DNA of 63,811 bases, filler included, from Chrysochromulina tobinii (taxonomy: Eukaryota), in NCBI GenBank assembly GCA_001275005.1. It is 6 parts of 6 records of this genome, joined end to end, with 100 filler letters (N's around TTAATTAATTAA, not from the genome) between each part and the next. Parts side by side here need not be neighbours in the genome. Positions count along the whole stretch, not along the records: positions 16,419 to 29,859 come from JWZX01001293.1; positions 29,960 to 45,462 come from JWZX01001294.1; 4 more parts are not named here. One strand, 5' to 3'. The notes under the pieces are model-generated. The model ran no database searches and had not been told where the DNA came from. It saw nothing but the letters and a program-made list of their open reading frames with translations. Numbering within the stretch: position 1 is the first letter of the stretch; each line of letters begins with the position of its first letter. Both the position numbers and the translations under genes were made by a program. Positions 20,732-31,764 of the stretch are shown in pieces.

Positions 20732-23410
20732 ATGTGGCTCTCGGTGCTGCTCCTTGGCGTGCCGCTGAGGGACACGGCGGATCTAGCGCTAAATTTAGAC
20801 GCTCACGCGAAGCATACCGCGGGTACTGAGGACCTCGCGGGCGACCTGCTCCAAATGGCCCGTGGCGAAGCTGAGCCTGCTCACGGGCCCGACTTTGCGG
20901 AGAATCTGGCTCTGTGGCAAGCACAGGATTTCGATGACCTCCGCAGAGCCAGGGCTCGAGCAACAAGCGATTTCGAAGACACTAAGAGCGCACATGACCT
21001 TGAGCACATGACCACTGCGCCTACGGGCACGCATTTTGTGCACACGCGTGGGGATCTTGTGCACGCTCGTGAGGCGATGAAGCATGGCCGTGAGGCGATG
21101 AAACGCGCGCACACGACCGCACGCGACATCGAGCTCACGACCTCTGGGCCAAAGGACGCACATCTTATGCACGCTCGTGCAGAGATGAAGCATGGCCGTG
21201 AGGCGATGAAGCACGGCCGTGAGGCGCTTCGTGAAACACGTTTCATGACCGCGCAAGCGCGGCAGCCGCATCACGCAAAAGAGCAGATGCCAGTGCCGCC
21301 GACCGATTTCGCGGAGGAGTTGGCCAAGGAAAAGTCTGAGAACCTCTACCGCGAGCTCGGCCCGTCCCGTGCGTCGCCCGAGTTTGCGGCCGAGCTGGCC
21401 AAGTGGCAGGAGGAGAAGGATATCGAGACGGAGCGCCAAAGGAATAACCTGACCCAGGCAAACGCGAACTCAAACCCGAAGCTGAGCCCGAACGCAAAGG
21501 AGGCCGAGCGCCTGTGGACGGTCGACAAGGATAAGGCCTTCGAGATGCAGAAGCGCAAGGCCAAGGACGCGGCACTCCTGTGGAAGGGCGCTGCGGAGGA
21601 GGCGGCGGAGGCGTATAAGCTCAAGGATAAGGCCTTCCAAGAGGAGAAGCGCAAGGCGCTCGAAGCGTCCCTCTTGTACAAGGGCGCTGCCGAGGAGGCT
21701 GCCGCAGCTGAGCGCAAGGAGCGTGAGGCTCGCTTCGGGGCTCTGCATGCGCCGGCGGTGGCTGGTACCAAGCCCGCGCTCGGGGCCGCCCCCAAAGCCG
21801 CACCGGCGCCAGCGACGGCCCCCGGGACCGCAGCGGCCCCGAAGCCCACGTGGCGCGACCCGGCGGCCGCTCCCACCAAGCCGGCCGTGGCTCCCAAGCC
21901 CGCGCCGGCCGTCGTGCCGGCACCGGCTCAGGTGGCAGCAGCTCCCAAGCCCCACCCGTGGACACCCAAACCGGAGCCCGTCGCCGAAGCGCCCGCAGCG
22001 GCGCCGGAGCGCGAGGTGGCGGCCGCGCCCAAGCTGGTCAAGGCGCCACCCGCGTTGGCGGCCAAGCCCGCGGCGGCGCCAAAGGAGCCGCTGTACAAGG
22101 GGCATCCGCAGGTGCTCGTCATCGTCTCTGACCACGGGAGCGGCACGTCGGATTTGGGAGTGGCCCTCAATACGCACCCGTGCATGCATGACCTGATGGA
22201 GCCGTTTGGCGAAGCTTTCGCGCTCTGGTCCTCGAGCAAGCTCCCCGAATGCGACGAGATGCGAACCGTCAAGAACGCCCTCTTCGACGCCGACACGCAC
22301 ACCCTCGTCAACGCGGTCAACGCGAAGCTTTCGGGCACGATCGATCGCGTACTCTCCCATGTCAACCACTCCCCCTTCACAACGGACTACTCGGTGCTCT
22401 ACAAGGACCTCGACTACAACCTCGCCGAGTACTTTGTGCGCGTGCGTGACCTCGTGTGCTCGAACGACGTCAGCGGCAAGTGTCCACCGGAGGACTGCGC
22501 GATCGTGCTCAAGCTGTTCCCAGCGTACGTGGACGTGAGCACGGACGGGCAGAAGGTTCGAACGGATCTGCCTGATAAGTGCGCCGCCGCCAAGAACGCG
22601 AGGAACGCGGTCGCGTGGTCGGATGCGCTCCTTTCGCTGCAGACGAACCCCAAGGTGGCGACGCTCCAGTACAACCGCAATGAGCTCGACAGGCAATTCT
22701 CCAACTTCCACCGGTTCAGCCAGGCCGGGACCAAGTTCGACTGCACGCTCCCCCGCTCACCCACAGCGTTTGCGGTCGTCGCGAAAGACTTTACGGACAC
22801 CCAGCTCGAGGCGGAGGACTGCTGGAAGGGTACCGAGGGTGCCGACCTGTGCCTTGGCGAGGCCCTGAAGCTCGTCGGCCTGAATGCGACCGCCATGATG
22901 GGCAAAGGCACGAACGTGATGGTGGGTGAGCTGTACATGCGCGCCTCGACCGGTAAGCTCGCCTCAGCAAGCTGCTCCAGCAACCCGAGCGCCTCGTTTA
23001 CGCGGATTGCGACCGGCGTCCAAATGATTGCACCCGAGCAGCAGCCAGGAGGCGTGCCGCCGCAGCAGGCCTACCCGCCGCAGCAGCAGGCGTACCCGCC
23101 GCAGCAGGGAGGCATGCCACCGCAGGGCTACCCGCCTCAGCAGGGCTTCCCGCCGCAGCAGCAAGCTTACCCACCGCAGCAGGGCTTCCCACCGCAGGGC
23201 TACCCGCCGCAGCAGGGAGGCATGCCGCCGCCGCAGGGCTACCCGCCGCAGCAGGGCTACCCGCCGCAGCAGGGAGGCATGCCGCCGCAGGGCTACCCGC
23301 CCGGTCAGTATGCGTGGAGCCCCGGGAACAAGTGGCAGCACGAGAAGGGGACACGTCGCAAGGGGCATGTGGTGGCCTGGCAGCACACTAGCCACACGGC
23401 TGGCGAGTGA
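20732..23410 (+). CDS. Secreted sulfotransferase-like protein with Ala/Pro-rich stalk and PPQQGY C-terminal repeats
   Basis: N-terminal signal peptide. PAPS-binding-like VIVSDHGSGTS...LNTHP...EPF (~22112), KLFP and RNELDRQFS. Tandem PPQQ(G/A)Y repeats at ~23035-23310. Confidence 0.68.
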   Translation: MWLSVLLLGVPLRDTADLALNLDAHAKHTAGTEDLAGDLLQMARGEAEPAHGPDFAENLALWQAQDFDDLRRARARATSDFEDTKSAHDLEHMTTAPTGTHFVHTRGDLVHAREAMKHGREAMKRAHTTARDIELTTSGPKDAHLMHARAEMKHGREAMKHGREALRETRFMTAQARQPHHAKEQMPVPPTDFAEELAKEKSENLYRELGPSRASPEFAAELAKWQEEKDIETERQRNNLTQANANSNPKLSPNAKEAERLWTVDKDKAFEMQKRKAKDAALLWKGAAEEAAEAYKLKDKAFQEEKRKALEASLLYKGAAEEAAAAERKEREARFGALHAPAVAGTKPALGAAPKAAPAPATAPGTAAAPKPTWRDPAAAPTKPAVAPKPAPAVVPAPAQVAAAPKPHPWTPKPEPVAEAPAAAPEREVAAAPKLVKAPPALAAKPAAAPKEPLYKGHPQVLVIVSDHGSGTSDLGVALNTHPCMHDLMEPFGEAFALWSSSKLPECDEMRTVKNALFDADTHTLVNAVNAKLSGTIDRVLSHVNHSPFTTDYSVLYKDLDYNLAEYFVRVRDLVCSNDVSGKCPPEDCAIVLKLFPAYVDVSTDGQKVRTDLPDKCAAAKNARNAVAWSDALLSLQTNPKVATLQYNRNELDRQFSNFHRFSQAGTKFDCTLPRSPTAFAVVAKDFTDTQLEAEDCWKGTEGADLCLGEALKLVGLNATAMMGKGTNVMVGELYMRASTGKLASASCSSNPSASFTRIATGVQMIAPEQQPGGVPPQQAYPPQQQAYPPQQGGMPPQGYPPQQGFPPQQQAYPPQQGFPPQGYPPQQGGMPPPQGYPPQQGYPPQQGGMPPQGYPPGQYAWSPGNKWQHEKGTRRKGHVVAWQHTSHTAGE

Positions 23411-23794
23411 AGACGCGCAAGGTGGCAGCATGCAAGTGATAGAAGGCACGCAAAGTGGCAGCACGGGATTGGTATGCGGCCGGAAGCTTCCAGGAATCTC
23501 GGGACGTTGCATGCGAGCGCACGCCGACCGAGGACGGTGGCGCTGTGACGGGCTGTGTGTGAAGAGGTCGCGCTCCAGGCAAACGGGCGGGCCTACCAAA
23601 TATGGCAAGTGACCTGCCCGTCGCTGATCGGGTTGGCTCCGGGAGGGGGGATTCCCTGTGTACACGTGGGCCGTAACAGAGCGTCTTCTGTGCAGAGTGC
23701 ATGTCGGCAAAGATGCTTGCTTGTGAGAAGCTTGATTGTGAACGTGTGAGTTGGTTGCGTACATGTCCCGACCCCGGTAACTGAAATACCTTGC

Positions 23795-23964
23795 TTCTCA
23801 TTGTGAATGGGGGCTCCCACGCCGAGCGTGGAGCGTGGTGGAGGGACTCGCGCCGGGCTGACCTCCCCTGTGGGGTAAATGGAGCAGATTCGAGTTCGAC
23901 GCGGGGAGCACTCCTCCCCGTTTTCCCCACAGGGGAGTCGTGGGAGCCCCATTCACAGTGAGAA
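23795..23964. repeat. Nested inverted-repeat (MITE-like) element, ~170 bp
   Basis: TTCTCATTGTGAATGGGGGCTCCCACG (23795-23821) pairs with CGTGGGAGCCCCATTCACAGTGAGAA (23939-23964) with 1 mismatch and 1 indel. Inner arms CTCCCCTGTGGGG / CCCCACAGGGGAG. Confidence 0.7.
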
Positions 23965-23996
23965 AGGAGGGGCTGCGGGGAGGGGCACGATCGGCG

Positions 23997-26533
23997 ATGC
24001 GGCGATTCTCCACATCCGTCGGGCCGCGTGTGCTCGCCACCCTGTCCAAATCGGTTGAAATCGGCACGCCACCACGCACCCTCATCTCTGGTCTCAGCCT
24101 GACGCTGCGCCAGGGCGAGCGCTGGGCACTCGTCGGTCCCAACGGCAGCGGCAAGTCGACGTTGTCCCAGCTGCTCGCTGACACGGTCTCCGCGGACGCC
24201 AGCGCGTCGGCGGCAGAGTACGTCTCATTTGACAGCCACCGCCAGCTCCGCCGCGACGAGGCACGCACCTTTCGCGAGAGCCGCTTCGGCGTCGAGCATA
24301 AGCGAGCTACACCCGCATCCTTTCTCTTCCCAAACCTCCACCCTCCCGACACAGACACCGAGCGGGCGGCTCTCAAGGGCTTCCAAGCGCCGCGCACGCG
24401 CCTCTCGCCGCTCCCCGTGCCGTACGATGCCACAGGCGACCATCCGCTCCTCTCGGAGCTCGAGCGCGCAGCGACCACAGGGGAGGCGGGCCGTTTGCTC
24501 GATCGGTTCAGGCGAGTGCCACTGCGTGCCACTACGTGCCACTGACTGCCTCCACTGAGTGCCACCAAGTGCCCCTGAGTGCCCCTGAGTTCCACCGAGT
24601 GCCACTGTGGAGTGCCCCAAAGCACCACTCGTTCGCACCCAATGCCACTGAGTGCGTCCGATTGCTACCTGCTCGATCGGTCCAATGCCACTGAGTGCGT
24701 CCGGTTGCTACCTGCTCGATCGGTACAGCCTGCTCGAGGCACGCCATCGGCCACTGTACGTCCTCTCCACTGGCCAGCTGCGCAAGGTCCAGCTCGCGGC
24801 TTGCCTGCTCTCGCCTCCGAGGCTACTGCTGCTGGACGAGGCTCTCGACGGCCTCGACGCAGCCTCGCGCAGAGAGGCGATCGAGGCGATTGCGCGCACG
24901 AACCACGAGCACAAGGCGACGCTCGTGATGGTGGCGCATCGTCGGGAGGACCTGCCGCACACACCGACGCACGCGCTCCTGCTCGGTCAGGGCTCGGGGG
25001 CTGGCGGCTCGGCGGCTGGCGGCTCGGGGGCTGGCGGCTCGGCGGCTGGCGGCTCGGGGGCTGGGGGCACGAGGGGGCCCACGGGCACAGGATGGCGAGC
25101 AGGCGAGTGGAAAGTGATGGAGGCAGAGGTCACCGCTCTGCTCGAAAGCGCAGACTCCGGGGATGGCGGCGGCTTCGCACAACATGAGGTTGGGGCCCCA
25201 CCCATCACGCCGCCGCCGCCGCCGCCGCCTCCACCACCCGCAAGCAAGGCGGCGGCGGTGCCGACGACGACGGCGACAAGTGACGAGCCGCGGCCGGTGG
25301 TCGAGTTTGACAAGGTGCAAATCCGGTACGACTGCGGCGCGCGCTGCTTTGTACCGCCCCTCAGTTGGACAGTGTGCGAGGGCGAGAACTGGGCCGTGGT
25401 GGGTGGGAATGGAGCTGGGAAGACAACCCTCGTCGACCTCATCTCAGGCGAGTGTGATTGCGAGTGTGATTGCGATCTGATTGCGATCTGATTGCGATCT
25501 GATTGCGATCTGATTGCGATCTGATTGCGATCTGATTGCGAGTGTGATTGCGAGTGTGATTGCGATCTGATTGCGATCTGATTGCGATCTGATTGCGATC
25601 TGATTGCGATCTGATTGCGATCCGATGACCTCGTTATGATGGCAAGACGACCCTCGCGCTCGGCTACCCGAACCCCAAGCCCAACCCCAAGCCTCGCCCT
25701 CGTCGACCCGAGCTCAGGCGAGAATGTGCTCGGCTACCAGCAGTCCATCAAGCTCTTCGGCCGGCCAAAGGGCAGTGGGGAGTCTGTGTGGGAGATCAGG
25801 CGGCAGCTCGGCGTGATCTCGACGGCGACGCACATGGAATACGTGGACCACGCGGAGGCGGTCATGCTCGGCGAGCGGCGCGCGGGAAGCAAGCAGGTGA
25901 GATGCGCTTGAATGGCTGGATTGGCTTGATGGTCTGGATTGGCTCCTTCATTGATTTACATGATGGATGGATTGAGACTTTGGAATGCTCGGTTGGCAGG
26001 TGAGCACGTGGGAGGTCGTGTGCTCAGGCTTCTTCGACTCCATCGGACTGTACGCCGAGCCGAATGCCGCACAGGTCGAGGTGGCGAAGCGCTGGATCGA
26101 GTGCTTTCGATTGACCGATCTGGTGATCCCTCCAAAGCAGCAGCCTCCCGTGTCGTCTCGTGGGGGGGCGGGGGGGTACGCCGCCGCGGCAGCCAAGGCG
26201 AAGGCCCTCCTTGCGGGCGGGAACAGCGGCGGCGGCGGCGATGGGAGCGCCGCCGGGGAGGCGCGCAACTTTTGCCACCTCTCGTTCGGACAGCAGAAGC
26301 TGATCTTACTCTGTCGGGCCGTTGTGAAACGGCCGCGGCTGCTGCTGCTGGACGAGCCCACGCATGGTCTCTCGTCTGAGAATCGTGCGCGGCTGCTCGG
26401 GATGCTTGGTACCCTCGCGGCCGATCCGAGCGTGGCCATCGTCCTCGTGACCCACCGCAAGGACGAGATCGAAGCGCTCGGTTTTGAGCACTTTCTGAGG
26501 CTCGATGGGGGTGAGCGGACGGCCGAGGCCTGA
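23997..26533 (+). CDS. ModF-like soluble ABC ATPase with two nucleotide-binding domains
   Basis: Exons 23997-24511, 24729-25447, 25718-25896 and 26000-26533 (two GC-AG introns, one GT-AG). NBD1: GPNGSGKS, LSTGQ, LLLLDEALDGLD, VAH. NBD2: GGNGAGKT, GSGESVWEIRR, SGFFDSIGLY, LSFGQ, LLLLDEPTHGL, VTH. Confidence 0.88.
25448..25625 (+). repeat. Intronic satellite (GATTGCGATCT)n/(GATTGCGAGTGT)n
   Basis: Tandem 11-12-mers starting at the GC donor of ABC intron 2. Confidence 0.92.
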
Positions 26534-26988
26534 GCGTGTCGAGGCGCCCAACCTACGCCAGCACGGCGCTCGACGTGAGCTGAGCTACCTTTCCAAATAC
26601 GGTACACGTACAGTACGAGAGGGCGGTCACAGTTCCATGTCACAGTTCGTCAAAGAATTCTTACCGATGTCCGACTAATCCGATATGTACATACACATCT
26701 TCCCTTCACACCTGTCTGGGGTCGCGTTGTGCTCGCGGCGCAACATTTCCAGGTACCCAATTCCACGGCTGCCCACCCGCGAGCCACCTGCGAGGCGCAT
26801 TCACCGCGCGTCCGGACCCCGACCGAGTCTACATTAGAACAACTCGCTCGCGAAACGTAAAATCGGGATTCAAGTGTTTCCGTTTCACAAGTATCACAAC
26901 ACATCCGAAAGTTGTCGCGCTCGCAAAGAGGACAGGGTCAAGCTCGCGAAGTCGCGCTCGGAAGCGGTTCGGGACACGCCGGACCACG

Positions 26989-29859
26989 ATGCCGATAATG
27001 TTCAAAGCGCACGAAGCAGCGAAGGAGCAAGGCCAGCACATGTCATGGGCCTGTTCGACGTGCACGTTGAATAACGTCGCCAGCGCACGCCATTGCAAGG
27101 CGTGTGACGCGCCACGGCCGGGCGGCGGTCCGGTCCCCGAAGCCGTCACATCGCCGGAGGAAGATGGCATGTGGCCTAGGGCGCCAGGAGCTGCCGAGCC
27201 ATTTCCATCGTACGCTGGCGGCCATGGACGCGGCGCAGTTCGAAGCGCTCCAGATGGCGGCCGCCGACCCGGCGCTCCAACTCAATCTCCACCCATCTGG
27301 GGCTCCTTCGAGCGCAACACGGGCACGTGGACGCCCTACTCGGCCACCGAGACCGCCGCCATCGAGGATGCGTTCGCTCGGGGCCACCCATCCATCTACC
27401 TGCCAACGTGCTTCAACGCGACGGTCCACTTCAACCGATTCGGCGGCCACCACCACCAGACGACGCCGGCCGTAGGCAGCAAGCCTGAAGGCTACCGCAG
27501 CGTGCTTCGGGGCACGGCCGGCATGAAGGCGACGCTGCACTGGGATGGCTCGATGTGGCGGCTCGAATTACCAAACTTCCACACGGGGTACGAGCAGCAG
27601 GTGGAAATCTACGCTGCACCGATGATAACTGAACATCAGGCTTTGCTCTTGTACAAGGCTCTCGAGGAAGCAAAGAAGCGGGAAGAATCGGCCAAGATCC
27701 GCGAGGCACAACTAGTCGAAGAATTGAATGTGGCGAAAGCAAAAGCGATACACGACTTCCAGTCCAAGCAGGCTGAGCAGGCCTTACAGGATGAGCGCCG
27801 TTTCGGACGCGTCGTTGCCATGGCTCCTGTCAGTCAGTACACAGCTGACGAAGGGAAGTCCGCCTGCACTACGATCGCCTGCTTTGGAGCGCTCGAAATG
27901 CTTCAGAGGCTTCGCACGTTTGGCTTGGGCCTAGTTGCGCAGCCTGGCGGCTTTGCTTTGAGCCCTCCACACCTCAACTCAGCTGAGCTTGCAGATGCGC
28001 TTGTTCGGGTGGTCAAACAGGGAGTGGACGCTCACGTTCGGGCGCTCAGCCATAATCCAGCATCTCAGCACCGCTCTTCAAGCGAAGTCATGGATGAGTT
28101 ACCTGCGACTCACGAGCTGCGAGAGAAACTATTCCGCGGCACTTGCACCGAATACTTGCTGTCGGGCAGCGAAGATGAGCGGGCAGCGTGCTTCATGCAA
28201 GCGCTTCAGCCGCCGGCTGCACCGCACACGGCAGCCAGCTACGTGCTTACGAAGCCGCCGGAGACGGTGCTTTGCGTCATCGGAGCAGACGCCAGTACAC
28301 CGTGCTTTCTGTTGGACTCGCACCCGAACTCATCGCGCAGGCTGGCTGGTGCCCACGCCTTGCGCTTCGACTGCGTGCAATCCTTGTGCACCGCGCTCTG
28401 TCACCGCTTTCCGGTGGTGCACCTCCCTGATGTGGATCCGGGGGACTGGCAGCTGGCATACATGCGCCAGTTCAGCGCAATGCCGCTGATGCTGACAGTA
28501 CCGCTGACCGACAACGAGCGCAACTCGATGCAGTGCCCAATCATGCTCGAGCTGATGGTCGATCCAGTTGTTGCTATGGATGGGCATACTTACGAGCGTG
28601 AAAACATCTTGCGGCACTTTGAAGCCGAGCGCGAGCGCATTGCTGCTACGCATCAGCCTGCTCATGGTGATGACGCGTGTTGCGGCCACGTCCAAGTTCG
28701 TCACACCATCAACTCACCGCAAGGAGGCCAAATACTTGTTGAGCTGCTCGTTCCCAACCGGTTCGCTCTGACCGCGATTCAACAGGCCGTCGAAGGCGGG
28801 CGCCTTGGTGATGGCGAAGTGTGCGATTGGCGTGAGCGCCGTGAAGCGGTGGTGCGTCAAGGTGGTCAAGGTGGTCAAGGTGAGGCCATCCTGGAGCGAC
28901 TGGCTCCGCCACCCGAGCGGCCCCAGTCACACCTCAAGGAGGGCTTCTTGATCATCTGCAACCGCCGCACGGATGCTCCGCGGTGGTACATGGTGCTGTT
29001 CAAGGATCGGATCAGCTGGTACAGGGATGACTCGAAGAACGAGCCGCTCGGTCAGTTTCGCTTCCGTCCGCACACAGAGGTGCTGCTGACTCGAGACCAG
29101 TTGACCCTGACGACTCCCAGTTCAGACCAAGGGGATGGGAGCCTCGCCGCTGAAAAAGCTGAAAAAGTCGTGCTCCGTACTGATGCGCACAACGCATCAG
29201 TCGAATTGCAAGAGTGGCAAGATGCGATTCGGGAGCAGTTGCGGCGATGTGCTGCCATGAGCTACGCACCCAGAGCTGAACACGCGCGCATTCTGGAGAA
29301 CGGACTCGCCATCGGCCTGTGCACCGAAGCTGAGCTCAAGGTCGGACAAGACACAGCCATCCGAACCCATTGTGAATGCTGCGGACAGACGGCGCCGCCA
29401 CCCTTTGCTCCTCGGCAGTGCAAGCGCTGTGCGCGTGTTCTCTGTGTGGCGTGCGTGCCGCATACAGCATTCTCGTTCGAGGAGGCCGTGATCGACAACG
29501 AGAGTGTCACTGAGCCTCAATGCAATCATCCTATCTGTATGGAGTGCTTCGAGGACGCCGCCAATAGATTGCGCCGCACTGTGGTGGACGAGAGTGAGCG
29601 CCATTACTTGCAACTACTGAATGAGAAGCTGCAGCCCTGGGAGCAACAGCAGACGACTCTTGCTAAGGCCCAGGTCAAACAGAGACTCGAAGCAGAGCAC
29701 ACTCTTCTTGAGGAGCAACTTGATGCTACACATGCTGCTGACATGGCCGCTCTTCGCACGAAGATCGCCAAAGCGGAAGAAGAGACTCGGGCGCGTCAGT
29801 TGGATGTGGAACGAGCGCAGGTTGCGGCCCAGGCTGCAGAGGGGGGGGCACCGCCGCCG
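26989..29859 (+). CDS. Multidomain ubiquitin-system protein: RanBP2 ZnF, WWE, papain-like peptidase-like, U-box, PH, FYVE-like Zn finger, coiled coil; 3' truncated
   Basis: WACSTCTLNN..ARHCKACDAPRP; WTPYSATETAAIEDAF; SQY...SAC...FLLDSHP; CPIMLELMVDPVVAMDGHTYER...LVPNR; KEGFL...WYMVL...WQDAI; CECC...CKRC..VLCVAC...CMEC. Confidence 0.85.
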
Positions 29860-29959
29860 NNNNNNNNNNNNNNNNNNNNNNNNNNNNNNNNNNNNNNNNN
29901 NNNTTAATTAATTAANNNNNNNNNNNNNNNNNNNNNNNNNNNNNNNNNNNNNNNNNNNN
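29860..29959. other. Artificial contig spacer
   Basis: N44-TTAATTAATTAA-N44. Confidence 0.97.
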
Positions 29960-31764
29960 CAGACCCTGTGCTGGTGAGAGGTACGCGATGGTGACGGCCG
30001 CGGTCGTATCTGACCGTGCCGTAGTGACTCGCTCTCGACCGCGAGCAACCTGCGCCTGGAAGCGGTCCGAGAGTCTCTGCTTCACCTCACGCGCCGTGTC
30101 TGCCTGCGCGAGTACGGGGTGAGGGTGTCCGGTGAGGGCACGTGGTGCGCCGCACGGAGCATGAGGGACGGAGCGCCCACGGCGCATGGCCGCATACAAG
30201 CTCACCTGGGCGAGCGGTATGGCGCGCACCGCTCGATCCTGTCGCTTCCAGCTCCATGCTCGGTTTCCTGGTCTGCAGGATCTCCTTCGCGTGGGAGCCT
30301 CTGCGGGCGTGGAGGGGCGACAGTGAGCTTCGGGCAATTGTGGCATGGCCGACAGGATGCGGACATCGGCAAGGGTTGGGGCAAAAAGCGTACGCACTGA
30401 GGGTGCCGCGCGCGCGTGGAAGATGATCGGCCGAAGGAGGGTCACTGCTTGGTTGATGCGGAATGACGATCGTGCCCACTTTGACGAGTTTTTCCCACAC
30501 ATTGACGTTTTTCCCGAAGTGGTTCGTTAAATGCGGGGCGCTCGTCGAGTTTTGGGCTCATCAGCCGTGACGCCTGTAATGAACTATTTCGGCAACACAG
30601 ATTCGAAAAGATTGGGGAATCGTTCGCGATCGCGTCGGTCTCGAGCCGTTTCGCGTTTGAACGCGCACTGGAAATACTGAGAAGAGGCCGAACACACAGG
30701 GGATGATTGGTTTTCAGTGTGACGACGGGCGTGTTCACAAGTAAGAAGAGCGATCTACTCTAACGGTACTAGGACAGTAGGTCAGCCCTCACAGTACCTC
30801 AGTTATACTCACGGTTTGGTGCTAAAAACCAGCTACCGCAGCGAGACGTGCGTGGCTCGGATGCTCGCGCAGCCACGGGCGAGCTCGGCTGCATGTTTCG
30901 CCCGGCCTTCGCCGCTCAACAATTGGAGCGTCCACCAACTCAATGAGCGTCCAGCGGCTGCAGCACCTGTCACAGGCTCACAGCTTGCCAGAAGCCTCAT
31001 GAACACGGCCCGATGCGCCGTCCGCAGAACCGCGGCGATTCCAGGGAGAGCCAGCGCACGCCGATGTTAGGGAGCCGCTCCTTCCGGCTCGAATGCCCCG
31101 CTCGCCGTCATCTGGACGTCTTGACACCAGATCACGTGGAAACGAGCGTCGCGTCAGCCGTCATGGGGACGGGCGTGGGGAAGGCGACGCTCGGCGCCGG
31201 GGTCGAGCGCGTCGAGTCACTCGTCGACGGTGGGCACGGACGTCGCACCGCACCGGTCGCCCTAGCGCGTTGCCGTGCCCCAGTAGTCAACTGCTCGTCC
31301 TCTGCACCAAATTCGTTGTGCGCGCCCCAGGCACATGACGCCGCGTCGCGCGCTCGTCGTTCAAAGTAGAAGACCCCTCAAGGTGCCGATGGGCCACACG
31401 TCGGGCGCGCTGCCGCCGCGCAATTCCGTCGGATGCGTCCGACGCCGCCTATATGCCATTTTTCTCTTCACTTGTGGCATCGGTGGGAGTGATCCGACAC
31501 CGGTGGGGTGTCTCAAACCTGTTTCACGCCATCACCCAGTCGGGGGGCACCCGTGAAGAGGGCAGGGCGCGGTGAGAAAGACCGCAGCGTGTAAGACCGC
31601 GACGGTAGTTATAAACCGTAATCCTTTAAGCGATCTTTCGGCTCAAAATTTGTACAACGGCGCGTGTCTGCGCACACGACTCCAGTCGTCGTCAGCGGTG
31701 AAGAGCCAAGAGGAGCATTCGCTCATGTGTTCGTACAAGGGGCGTCTAGGCGGCGGTGCCTACC

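Noticed and set aside
29960..31700. Gene-poor stretch with several short ORFs
   Set aside because: No recognisable domain, terminal repeat or RNA structure by eye. Left unannotated; it could be a transposon remnant.
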